DNA of 64,000 nucleotides from Tubulanus polymorphus (Eukaryota; Animalia; Nemertea), in contig NC_134028.1 in the NCBI RefSeq assembly GCF_964204645.1, positions 11,765,263-11,829,262 on the forward strand. Reading direction: 5' to 3'. The notes below the pieces were generated by a model. That model was not told where the DNA came from and did no database searches. It saw only the letters and a program-made list of their open reading frames with translations. A program made the translations under genes and the position numbers. Of the stretch, positions 1 to 11,783 are shown piece by piece (the first letter of the stretch is position 1; every line of letters starts with the position of its first letter).

Positions 1-327
1 GAAATTTGAACCCTTGCATAAGATATTTTTATTCTAGGAAATACCGTCACACGTATCTCACCTACATAAATTTCCAAAAGCATTTCCTTATCTATTGGCC
101 CCAAATGACTGCAATGTCTTTAACCATCTGATTAGCACATTAATATTGATCTGCTCTTCAGTTAAATCCTCATAATATATTTTGTAATTGTTGGTTATCC
201 TTGTGATATGATTGTCAAATTAACATGACTTTTCTTCTTCTTTTGGGTGGTATATACCTAAATCTTGCTTTTCTATATCTCTCCTGCTGTTAAATTATAA
301 CATAATACAATGTATTACTCTTTGTAA

Positions 328-450
328 TTAGGGTTTTCTGTTACTTCAGAGAAAACCCTATTGATATTCGCGTGATTCTTATTAGGGTTTCTGATGCTTT
401 CGCAGAAACCCTATTGTCATTCTGCTGATTATTATTAGGGTTTGCTTTCT
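328..450 (+). mobile_element. Stacked 5' ends of HINE-like family 2 (hairpin subterminal repeats)
   Basis: Consecutive TTAGGGTTT(T)CTG...CAGAAA(A)CCCTATTG stem-loops; the same end occurs inverted at 23341-23376. Confidence 0.5.
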
Positions 451-918
451 GCAACTTACCTTCACTGTTGGTGAAACTATTCTGTATCACAAGTACTACG
501 CTGCATTGACAGATACTGTACATAATATAAGTCAGAATTCCACCGTTTACTCAAAACATAGAAATTTAATCCTGATTCAAACAGTATCCATCTACGTACA
601 TGTATTGCGTGTGTCTTATTCCCAAAGCGCGTAAATACGTGTATTTGTGTGTGTGTCCTTACATGCATTGATAGAGTCATGTTCTAGATCTATAGCAACA
701 AGTAAGCAGTAGTGGTATTTTTATCTCTTGGAAGTCGATTGTTTTGCCGTTGAATGAGGACATTCCTCGAGTGAATGCAACTGAGGAATTTTTATAGCCT
801 TGTGCTGTATACACAAGTTTTTGCATCATATAGATTTTACATGCGTATTCAGCTAGTAACAGGAATACTCCTCAATAGATTTACTTATATGAGATGTACG
901 TAATACACGTACCATAAT

Positions 919-992
919 AACTTCCCAAAATAACTGGATTCCGAATACGGACTGACAAAAAGTGAACGCAAAGTCCAAAGTGGGCTAAAAAA
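919..992 (-). mobile_element. Terminal fragment of HINE family 1
   Basis: AACTTCCCAAAATAACTGGATTCC...AAAAGTGAACGCAA...AAGTGGGCTAAAAA matches the ends of the copies at 8830-8947 and 20400-20506. Confidence 0.75.
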
Positions 993-1164
993 TCACATGC
1001 AATTAAAAATTACCCTGGGTACTTTGATATCGATACAATGTAGCTCGGTTACACAATAGCCTAGGTTAATGACGGTTTGCCGCAAGATAAATCGGCAGAA
1101 ATTAGAAAACACCAGCTAACATCACAGTTGTTTACTTTTTCTAAGGATTTTGCGGGCTTAAGAC

Positions 1165-2114
1165 ATTGACTAGAAATTAGGGCGATCAGACTTAAGATGG
1201 CCATCCTGTGACCTGTTTTGTGCCTGCAAATGTCATTTAAGCCTGAGTCCTGTAGTTTCCTAATGGATTGCCATTTTACACTGCAAGTTTTGATGGGTAT
1301 TCTATGATTTTTAATACATCAGACAGGTATTGTTGATCAGCCAATTATCACACGATTGGCGTCCGTCTTAGTGTCATCAGTATTCATTCAGGTGGAAAAA
1401 GTTTCTTAAGGAAAATACAAGTTTTTAACTTATAGTCTTGACATTTGATCGTTACTAGCACTGTCATAAAATACATCTCCTCAGATGGCATTAGAATCAC
1501 CTTTTTCTTTGTTCTTGCCACCAAGGGGAGTTAAATATTGAATAACATATAATTTTCTATTCATATTGGAACCTATGCATATTTTGTAACCACAATCAAT
1601 TGCAAAATTGTAGCTAATGGTATGTTTTATTATTGTTGTGAGTTTCAATGCCATTGATTTTGGTATATGGTCACCAGGGGGCATTGAATGATAGAATTAC
1701 ATAGTATCTCTACATTATATTGGTACCTAAGCAAATTTTGTTACCACAAACGATAGCGAATTTGTAGGTCATAATATGTTCTATCATCGGAGTGAGTTTC
1801 AAGGTGATTGGTGTTGAATAGTACATTAACTTAGTATTTCTATATTATAATGGTACCTATGAATATTTTGTTACCACGAGCAATTGCAAAATTATAGCTC
1901 ATGACATGTTCCAGGTTCGTGTTGAGTTTCAAGGTCATTGGGTTTGCATACCAGGGGGCGTTTAAAAGTAGAATGATTTATTATTTCCTTATTTTATTGA
2001 TACCTAGGCATATTTATTATATGGTCACCAGAGGGGGTTGAATATTGAAATTGTTAAGTTGTGAGCATTTGAACCCGCTTCCCAAGTGGGCACGGTGTCC
2101 CTGGTCCCACAGTT
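1165..2114 (+). mobile_element. Diverged HINE family 1 copy
   Basis: Reverse complement of the 154-bp core units (ATATGGTCACCAGGGGGCATTG at ~1665); ends with TTCCCAAGTGGGCACGGTGTCCCTGG. Confidence 0.75.
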
Positions 2115-3334
2115 TACACCATTCACCATTTTCAGATAACTAAATGTCACTAAATGTTTCTATTTTCAGTGATCGTATACCATGCGCACATTAAACACTC
2201 TGAACAATCAATCTTCTAATCTGCTTTACAAGTATTGGTTTGGAACTGGGTTCTTCAGCAATGTTTGATTTGTAACCACGCTTTGCCCATTGGAATTGAA
2301 ATGGCAAATTTAATTTCCCCTTCTTATCAAATTATTGTATTTTATTCAGTAACATCAATAATACTCTGTATTCATTTCTTGGCATAATTTATACATTCAT
2401 TACGCTAGGAGCTTGTAATCTTTCAATACATTGTTATTAAGATATCTTAGGGAGCATCTCAAATTGTCAATAAATCCGTCGATTAGAATAACTGTCTAAT
2501 TAGAAAAACGAGTGATTAATTCTTGAATTTAGGGTATGGTGCCTAGTGATGGACAAATTAATGTCTATCAATTCACATTACTGCTGTGAACTGATATTGA
2601 CAAAAACTCTGTACGCCTCAAAGAACAACAATTCATCCAGCAAAGCAGAAACCCATTATTGCTACTTTGCAGCTATATCTATTATTTCATTCCACACAAT
2701 TTTTGTTAACAAGAGCCCCAAGGGGCACTATGGCGAGCCTGTCAGCTTTTCATAATATGGCAAATGATGGATTCTGTGGGTTATATTTGTCAAAATCCAC
2801 TCGCAGCTCAATACCATTACTATACCAATAATTTACACAATACAATTGTGTTTTCATAAGTAGCACAGACAGCGACTGGAGCTGGCAAGAAAAAATACCT
2901 CAGATAAATCTTGTCCCTTGGTCTTATTGATTTGAATGCGGAATAGAATTAAATTTTCTGAAATTTGCTCAGTAAAAAAAAAAATGGAATTGGATTTGAT
3001 TATATGTTTTATTTGTTCAATAAAGCAAAATTGAACTGGATTTAATATTTTTTGGCAGAATAAAATTTGATTGAATTTGCAGTTTGAGCACATGGCTAAT
3101 TAGCATATCCAGGTCATCCATCCGATTTGAGAAAAAGCTATTTTTCCCGGACTTTGCATAATTGTCAATATTTTCTGTAGTGCAAATAAAAATATTCCTC
3201 CCAAAAACCAAATCAACTAAAGATTTCACAGAAATCGATTTTGACATACAATTTTAGACCTTAAAATAAAACCGGAAGTAAAACAGTAGACGATACTGCG
3301 GGTTCACGTGAACACCTGCTGATCTCTGCGGCTA

Positions 3335-3660
3335 AGCCAATCATAGAGGAGTCTTTGCTTTCTTATTGGCTTTTTCTAAAACAGATATTTTTGAGTTCAG
3401 ATTTTCGCGAAGACGCTCATTCATTATAAATTAATAACTCATAATAAATATAATAAATTTAATTAATAAATATGAATTAATGAACGAGGGCCCTTTTCAA
3501 AGTTCAGCTTCATAGGGGTTGGAGAATGGATAATGCTCTAATGAATGATTTGTATGAATATATGCTCCGTTGCACAGTCAAAGCGCCTTTGCTCTGGAAA
3601 CCATTTCATTTAAATTCGCTCCATTTGTATAGTAATAGCCTACGGCTGGCCTAAAAATGC
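3335..3660. repeat. Dispersed repeat (probable MITE end), second copy at ~24150-24425
   Basis: GCCAATCATAGAGGAGT...TTTGTATGAATATATGCTC...GCCTACGGCTGGCCTAAAAATGC is shared between the two loci. Confidence 0.7.
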
Positions 3661-4072
3661 ATAGGCTTTCTTACCTTACTGCTGTTTCCAATACAATCCA
3701 TTTTATTTCATTTAGCTCACTTCGACCCACAGATACCCCGTCCGTGTTCTGATGAATGAATTACGTTACAAAAGCACTGTCGGGCCGTTAACATCGAAAA
3801 TTGGGCCCCATTTAATGAGGTGACATGTTTTTCTGAGTCCCCAATCTGAAATCCACTGCAGGCTGCTCGTCACTTCGATTATCAATTCAAGTTTAAATAA
3901 ACATTTTTATTACTGCAAGACTTCACATTCAGCCGCAGTCTTCAAACAGTAATTTTTATTTTTTTCATCATTAATGAAACTGGTATTTAGATCTTAGGAA
4001 GAGAGTTCAAATATCCGAATAACCATAGAAGCGATAACATTAAAAACCTCATTTTCTAATGAGTAAATACAG

Positions 4073-4124
4073 TTTATTAACACGAACGTTTTCGGGATCA
4101 TATCCCCTCATCAGGTGAAATACA
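4073..4124 (-). ncRNA. Minimal type I hammerhead ribozyme (mirror copy)
   Basis: Reverse-complement copy of 4355-4406 (TCATCAG at 4108-4114). Confidence 0.7.
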
Positions 4125-4354
4125 AGTGAATCAAATGATTAAACTACAGGTTTATATACAACATAAGTTACAAAATTACAAGTGCTAAATTCTAAGCTAA
4201 TTACAAACCAAGTATTTAATTACAAACTAATTATTTGAATACATTTAGGATAAAGGATGAGCGTTACTTGGTTTGTAATTAGCTTAGAATTTAGCACTTG
4301 TAATTTTGTAACTTATGTTGTATATAAACCTGTAGTTTAATCATTTGATTCACT

Positions 4355-4406
4355 TGTATTTCACCTGATGAGGGGATATGATCCCGAAAACGTTCGTGTC
4401 AATAAA
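4355..4406 (+). ncRNA. Minimal type I hammerhead ribozyme
   Basis: CAC-CTGATGA (4365-4371)-stem II GGGAT/ATCCC-GAAA (4386-4389)-palindromic ACGT-TC-GTG; this is the minimal layout known from Penelope-like elements. Confidence 0.7.
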
Positions 4407-4504
4407 CTGTATTTACTCATTAGAAAATGAGGTTTTTAATGTTATCGCTTCTATGGTTATTTCGGAAAACTGGTATTTTATTAATTCCAGAGGACTTAAG
4501 TTAC

Positions 4505-4935
4505 TATGGAGCCCCAGATGAAAAGATCTTTTTTTCTTTCAAACAACCTTTCGTTCGGACATATTTTTTTTGTCGGAACAAAAATTTTTTGTTCGAACTA
4601 ATAATATTTTGTTCGATCGAACAAAATAATTTCATTCAAACAAAACTTGGTTTGAAAAATTGTTCGAACAAAATTGTTTTCGTTTGAACAAATTTTTTTG
4701 TCAGAATGAAAGGTTTTTCGTTCGGACAAAAAGTATATTTTTCGATCAAGCAGAATCAACTCCATTCGAACAAAATTTTCCTGTTGGAACATTAAGTTTT
4801 TCACTGAAACAAGTATATTTACCGATCAAAGCGTTTTTTATTCCAAAGAAATATTTTCATGGAACTAAATAGTCTTTTCGTTATAATGAGTAATCTTCAT
4901 TCGAACAAAATAATCTTCTCACTCGAACAAAAAGT
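4505..4935. repeat. Degenerate short-repeat region (TTCGAACAAA-like motifs), probably a DNA-transposon subterminal region
   Basis: Many dispersed (G)TTCGAACAAA/TTCGGACA motifs in both orientations after TATGGAGCCCC. Confidence 0.4.
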
Positions 4936-7097
4936 AATAATATTAACTTGGGTTTTCTTTGTATCCAATATTCATATCATGCCTTTTTGAGGTTGAAGCT
5001 CATCTTCAATGTTTCTGACCATATACGGAACACAGCTTGTTTATATGGCATGGAAATATTGTCAAAATCAAAATAACATTTTTGACGCGTCAAATTCACT
5101 TTATTCAAAATTTCATCTCATTTCAGAATGCATTTAATAAAGATCAGGTTGAATGAAGAGCTTTCGAAGCAACAGCGGATCTAGGGACGGTTGGACCCAA
5201 ACGTTTATTTCTTATTTTCCCAAATACTGTTGTGCCCCGGCTTGAGAGTTGTATTGCAAGTAGAATTGATGCACGGAGGTCAGGCTGGTAAGCTTCGAAC
5301 GGATGATGCAGTATTTTCCGAGAAAAACGTCGAAAATTCTCTGCTTTCCTAAGTTATGCAAATACGTGCAACTAGGAATTTCCGGGAATTTCGGCACCTC
5401 TGACGTAATTATGGGCGTCAGGAAATGGCGAGCAATGCATTGACGTTTGTGACGTGCTTAGTTTGCTCATAGTTTGTTCGATGTTCGATGGGGCAAAACT
5501 TTTGTCGGAAGATTAAAAGGATTGCTAAAGATGATAATGCGCGTTTGAAATTAAACTTCCTTCAGCTGTCTTAATTAAAAGCAGCTTAGCGAAATTTCAC
5601 TGATAGCAGTTTATTTTGGTGCAAAGCCATTGCAATAGACAGCCCCTGCTGGGCTGTCGGCTGCTTTGCTGCCGCTAAAACGTTGCATTTAACTTCGCTC
5701 ATTTTCCACAAATATTTTCAATATCAAGATTCCCTGGCGTGATATGAAAATACCAAAAGCTTACCAACAATATAACTAGATAAACCTAGAAATTTGGTCA
5801 CGTACACAAAGCTTACCTTTAAGCCAGTACAATAGTCGAGTTGAAATAAAAATACAGCAACCCAAGTAATTGTTGCTACATAGTTAAATTGGCTAATTTC
5901 GGACCTACATTCATGTTGTTGTAGACAACTAAAATATCAAACTATGATGTCTGGAAAAACACAAGTCAACATTATCCACCAGTGTCCTGATATAAGTGAT
6001 ATAGAATTTAAATGAAAATGTCTAAGTAATATATTTTAATCTCATAATGATCTCACAATTTACGCAATTCAGAGTAACATTTTTCGATACGTTCCATGTC
6101 CTCTCTCAACAATCTAAGCATCCGACCAGACTTTGACAAAGGTTGCACTATGAGAAAAATGATATCAGCTACCCAAACTACTATGGCATATTTGGCCATT
6201 GGTACAGGGCTTTCATTGTCACAAGTACGTATGTATTTCAAGAAGGTTAAAATGAAGTCGTTTGGGAAGAGCTGGAGGGGGTGTCCCCCTTCCCTTGTGT
6301 TCAGAAAATTTTATGAAAATTTACCATTAATTGGCACAATTTCCGCGAAGTTGAGCCTTTAAATCAACTATTGAATTGAATTGTGCCGGAAGCATCTGAA
6401 ACACGGTCACAGTCCCTGACGCAGTTTAAAAGCCGGTCCCAGCCTCGGCCAGACGTCATATACATGGGCTGGTTCCGCCTCCGCGATCAGCTTTTTCTGT
6501 GTCACGCACAAAATCAACACAATGTTTACAATTCAAATAGATGCAGTTATTGATTCAATTTTTACTGTCTTCTTGAATGGAAATCGTGAAAACGCATATA
6601 ATGAACGCTTTTACGGACGATCTACCAATCTTAGAACTTTGTGACCCGGATTTACACTGTTTTAATCACTGATATATCACCATGCAATGGCATGAACAGG
6701 CAAAAATTAATAAAATAGACGGCAGTCATCACAAAACACTACTTCTACACAGCCGTAATATTGAATATCTCAGAGATATTCGGGTTTTGGTGAGAGCAAC
6801 ATTTATGCTTTGTTCAATTGGCCGATCCCTTCTCAATATTACCAATATGCGAACTAGGGGTCCAGGAACACTATGTCCACTTAGGAAATGCTTTGAAATG
6901 CTCAACAATCTCACCATTTCAATACTCAACGTCCCCTGATGAATATATACTGAAACCAATGATCTCGAAACTCACCATAATCACACATGTCATGAGTTAA
7001 AATTGAGCAACTGATTATAATAACAAAATATGCCTAGATATCAATATAATATGGAAATACTAAGTTATTCTGCTATTGAACGCTCCTGGTGAGCATA

Positions 7098-9515
7098 GGG
7101 ATGGTCCATAAAGTACATACACATGGAAATGGCTGAAAATATGAGGTCCTAACATCCGTATGCATGGCGTACGCATTTGTTTAACTGGTCCTGACTTGTG
7201 TAAGCAAAAAAAAAAACTAGGGGTCCAGGGACACCATGCCCACTTGGGAAGTGGTTACAAATACTCAACAATCTAACCATTTCAATATTCAATGCCCCCT
7301 GGTGACCATATACAAAAACCAATGACCTTGAAACTCCCCACAATCATAGAATATGTCAGCAGCTAAGATTTTGTAATTGATTGTGATAACAAAATATGCT
7401 TTGTTACCAAATTAATAAGGAAATACTAAGTTATTCTTCTATTCAACGCCCCTTGCTGACCATATGCAAAACCCAATGACCTTGAAACTCACCACAATCA
7501 TAGAACATGTCATGATCTACAACATTGCAATTGATCATGGTAACCAAATATCTCTAGGTACCAATCTAATAAGGAAATACCAAGTTCTTCTACTATTCAA
7601 CGCCCCCTGGTGACCATATAGAATAACTTATGTCCTTGAAACTCACCACAATCTTAGACGATGTCATGAGCTACAACTTTGCAATTGATTGTGGTAACAA
7701 AATATGTATATAGAATATAATATAGAAATACTAAGTTATTATATTATTCAACGCCCATGGTGACCATATGCAAAACCCAATGACCTTGAAACTCACCAAA
7801 ATCATAGAACATGTCATGAACTACAATTTTGCAATGGATCACGGTAACAAAATAGCCCTACGTACCAATCTAATAAGGAAATGCTATGTTATTTTTATTA
7901 TTCAACGCCCCCTGGTGACCATATGCAAAACCCAATGACCTTGAAACTCACCACAATCATAGAACATGTCATGAACTACAACTTTGCAATTGATCATGGT
8001 AACAAAGTATCCCTAGCTACCAATCTAATAAGGAAATACCAAGTTCTTCTACTATTCAACGCCCCCTGGTGACCATATAAAACAACTTATGTCCTCGAAA
8101 CTCACTACAATCATAGACGATGTCATGAGCTACAACTTTGTAATTGATTGTGGTAATAAAATATCGTAGGTACAAATATAATATAGACATACTAAGTTTT
8201 TGAATTATTCAATGCCCCCTGGTGGCCATATACAAAAACTAATGACCTTGAAACTCACCAAAATCATAGAAAACGTTATGAGCTACAACTTTCCAATACA
8301 TTGTGGTAACACAATATGCTTAGGTATCAATATAATGTGGAAAAACTTTTTCCCACCTACGAATGAGTACTGATGACGCCAAGATGGCTGCCAATTAGGC
8401 CATAATTGGCTGATCAAAAATACATGTCTCAGATATAAAACATCCCTTTCCAAAGAATACCCATCACAAATTGCAATGAGAATTGGCAAACCAGTAGGAA
8501 GCTACAAGGACTCCAGAATTTGGGCCAAAATTGACATTTTTGGGCACTAAAAAGGTCATAGGACGGCCATCTTAAGGCCGATCGACCCAAATTTTCTTTT
8601 GTTGATTGGGAGGTACAAATATACACAAACAATCAAGGTTATTGATAAAAGTGTCTTCAAAATTTCCCTCGAAAACTTCGAAAATGTGTAAAGTGCTGAT
8701 ATTGGCGAAAAACAATGGCTGCCAGTCGGCCATCTTGAATCTGATAGGGCCAGTTTTTGGCCTGAAGATGTGTCTAGGGTAGATACATGTATAAGAAATA
8801 TCAAAAAATTACCTTGAAGCGTCTTCAAAACTTCCCAAAATAACTGGATTCAGTCTAGGGACGGATGGACGGACGGACGGACGACGGACGACGGACGAAA
8901 AGTGAACGCAATAGGCCGTGGGGTTTAAGTCCCAAGTGGGCTAAAAATCTATGTTACACTGTTTTACACACACTGTCTTTAGTATGTAAACAATGGAATA
9001 TACATAATACACATCGATAGTTCTCGATGGGCTCCATTATCTTGAAACAAATCACATTTTAGTACCGTAGGATATATTACACACTTTTTTGAATCCAACA
9101 TGGTTCCTCGATGTCAATGGTACGCTTAAATAAGTGCTATATTTATTTCACTGTTGTCAGGCTACATAATCAATACAAACCAAGTGAAAGTTTGAGTGTT
9201 GTTCTTACTGAGTTATGGCCAGACACTGGTGTAGTGTTTGTATACATATTGTTGTATGATACTGCCACCTATGATGGGTGATAAAGTATGGCGTAGACCA
9301 TGAAGTGTGATTGTTAATCTATTGTTCACTTTATTCATTGTCTAGGAGCTGGATCTTGGCCCCAGGAATACTACAACTAGCTTAAGTTAGATTATCTTTC
9401 ATTCATTAAGTACGTATGCTAAATCTAAATTGAAACTACCTATGATACGCATTTTGTACGCATTGTACGATAAGGTCATACCTTGACCATGCATACGTAC
9501 TTTATGGATCATCCC
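7098..9515. mobile_element. Harbinger-type non-autonomous element (~29-bp TIR, 3-bp TSD ATA) containing a younger HINE
   Basis: GGGATGGTCCATAAAGTACATACACATGG at 7098 and its inverted counterpart ending at 9515; ATA on both sides. Confidence 0.75.
7215..8947 (-). mobile_element. Full-length HINE family 1 (Helentron-associated/DINE-1-like) with ~7 tandem ~154-bp units
   Basis: Subterminal IRs GCCCACTTGGGA/TCCCAAGTGGGC, (GGAC)n microsatellite at ~8860-8897, terminal hairpin, CTAG-TT end, tandem core. Confidence 0.85.
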
Positions 9516-10147
9516 ATATACAAAAACCAATAACCCTGAAACTCACAACATTTATAGAGTATGTTATGAGCTAAAATTTTGCAATGGATTGTAGTAACAA
9601 AGTATGCCTAGGTCCCTACATAAAATGGAAATACAGACTTATTCCACTATTCCAACACCCCTTGGCGACCATATACAAAATTGGGTAAGGAGAGGAAGAG
9701 ATGTATCAGTGCTAATAATAATAATAACATATCAAGACTATAATTCAAAACCTGTGGATATTTTCCTCAAAATACCTTTTTCCAACTTTCCAATGAAGAC
9801 TGATGACACTAAGATGGCCGCCAATTGCATGATATTTGACTGATCTCAAAGCCCACCAGATATACTACAGATCCATCCTCATAGAATACCCATCACAAAT
9901 TTCAATGAAAAATGGTAAACTATTAGCAACCTACTGGCCTTAGAATTTAGACCAAAATTGGGAAAGGTATGCTTAAGTGAGCTAAAAAGAAATATATGGT
10001 CATGCTTCGGCAAAGATATAGATATCACTTGACTTGCCCAGTTTCTGCTATAAACACTGACCAAGGGCATTTGCATAGTTTGTATTTAACCGCTCTGCTG
10101 AACTTCCATATTGTAACGTGCATGGTGGAAAGTGAAAACATACATAC

Positions 10148-10291
10148 TTGTAGGGTCAGTATAATCAGAATCAGGTGTGGAGGATCGGGGATCACCACTA
10201 TCATCAAGTAGGTCATCATCATCATCATCCTCATCATCATCATCCTCCTCATCATCATCATCATCCTCCTCCTCCTCCTCATCTTCAGCTC
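10148..10291 (-). CDS. Host-gene exon, Asp/Glu-rich (AEDEEEEEDDDDD...LLDDSGDPRSSTPDSDYTDPT)
   Basis: CAG acceptor, GTATGT donor, 144 nt, open acidic frame, phase 1-1. Confidence 0.6.
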
Positions 10292-10396
10292 CTGTTTGAC
10301 ACAGTACCTCTGATATATCTTCTTTCTATAAAAATCCATAGAATTGCCATTATCATTAAATGCTGGGGATAGGCAAAATTTCAATAAAGCACAAGA

Positions 10397-10927
10397 CAGG
10401 GATGATAACAGGGCATCATTAAGGCGGAAAATTTTAAATCTCGTAATAACTTAGAAATAAGGAACGCCGTAGCTGCCAGTCACGTGCGCCGATGATTTTT
10501 CACATCGTCTTAGATCGTTTTTCAGCAGTTTTAACATTGAAATTTCACTCAGAGAATCAAATAACATCGTCCGATGTTTTACCGTTAACACACTGCTAGT
10601 TCCAAGACGAGTCAAGATGCTCATCATCTATTCATTTGCATAAGAAAAACAATGTAGGCAGCACCACGTTACGGGCCGCAAAAGCCGTTTTTCAGCACTA
10701 CACGCGAGCAACACTCGGTCAAAAAATCAATAATGTAGATACATATCACGGTCGGGCAACAGATGGATAAAACTTCGTTAACGAAAATGAATGCATTTAA
10801 AAATAGATCGGGAAACGCTTTCATGGTCATACCAATCTACCCTTATGATGCCATTATCCTCACCAACCCCCCATCTTTTTCAATGGATTTGCTTCGATCA
10901 GAGAAATGATAAAAATTATCATCCCTG
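10397..10927. mobile_element. hAT-type MITE, TIR CAGGGATGATAA
   Basis: TIRs at both ends; homologous to 27908-28508 and the fragment at ~48715-48925. Confidence 0.8.
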
Positions 10928-11221
10928 AGAAGCGGCCCGCAACCTTGAATTTTCAACAGAATAAGGTAAACTTCATTATAATCTATATATTAATACGAAA
11001 CTATGTACCAAATAGCGTCGCTGTGGACAAGAATTGGGCCTTGATATTTTGTGTGGTAGTCAATCATTGTATAAACGAATGCAACAGGTATAAACGGGTG
11101 TGAAAATATCTATAGGAAGGCCAAACGGAGGCAGACAAAATTTCAGCCAATCAGTAAGCAGGAATTCTAATTATAGACTCATACTGCACCAAAACAAATC
11201 TACAGTACTGTATCACTATGC

Positions 11222-11295
11222 TGTCACAATGGCCCAGTTAGTAGAGTACAAGACTGCCACCTGATGGGTCAGAAGTTCGAGTCCCGCACAACACC
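11222..11295 (+). pseudogene. tRNA pseudogene / tRNA-derived SINE head (Gly-GCC-like loop)
   Basis: A box TGGCCCAGTTAGTAGAG, loop CTGCCAC, B box GTTCGAGTCC; stems imperfect. Confidence 0.5.
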
Positions 11296-11709
11296 ACACA
11301 TATTTTGCTTTCCTCCAATAGTTCCCCGTCTCCATGGGTACAGGTCATCAAAGCTCATAGGGCATGGACACAAAGATTTTAAAGGGCCCGACTTAATTCC
11401 ATTGCGAATAAATTGAACAGTTCGAAGTTCTGGGCCAAAGGAAATCACCTGTGGTTTCCACAGGTATTTCTCTAGTCTATATATTACTATGAAACTATGT
11501 ACCAAATAGTGTCACCGTGGAGAAGAATTGGGCCTTGAAATTTTGTGTGGTAGTCAATCATTGTATAAACTAATGCAACGGGTGGATGTGAAAATATTTA
11601 TAGGGGGCCAAACGGAGGCAGACAAAATTTCAGCCAATCAGTAAGCAGGAAGTCGAATTATAGACTCTTACTGCATCAAAACAATTCTACAGTACAGTTT
11701 CATTATGCA

Positions 11710-11783
11710 GTCACAATGGCCAAGTTAGTACAGCAAAAGACTTGCACCTGATGGGTCAGGAGTTCAAGTCCCGCGTAGCTCTG
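11710..11783 (+). pseudogene. Second tRNA-like copy (loop CTTGCAC)
   Basis: TGGCCAAGTTAGTACAG and GTTCAAGTCC boxes. Confidence 0.45.

Larger units (their letters stand above)
3989..4466. mobile_element. Penelope-like inverted pseudo-LTR pair (foldback) with 12-bp flanking direct repeat
   Basis: Near-perfect ~200-bp inverted arms 4015-4214 and 4265-4465 with a 50-bp spacer; AAACTGGTATTT at 3977-3988 and 4467-4478; each arm has a hammerhead core. Confidence 0.75.
6852..9990 (-). mobile_element. Old HINE family 1 copy split by a Harbinger-type insertion
   Basis: Starts AACTAGGGGTCCAGGAACAC; removing 7098-9518 rejoins CGCTCCTGGTGAGCATA-TACAAAAACCAATAACCCTGAAACTCAC, a core unit. Confidence 0.7.

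Noticed and set aside
5813-5915. Possible minus-strand exon with a hydrophobic stretch (also 460-515 and 30940-31150)
   Set aside because: Splice-like sites only; no recognisable homology or phase link to the other exons.
9320-9380. Candidate terminal exon of the host gene (IFLGPRSSS-stop followed by AATAAA)
   Set aside because: It lies inside the Harbinger-type element 7098-9515 and the acceptor is weak.
10025-10384. Poly-Met/Arg and poly-His/Pro ORFs
   Set aside because: Alternative frames of a (GAT/GAG)n tract; the splice-bounded acidic frame is the more plausible one.
11222-11295. Functional tRNA-Gly gene
   Set aside because: Acceptor, anticodon and T stems pair poorly; kept only as a pseudogene/SINE-like feature.
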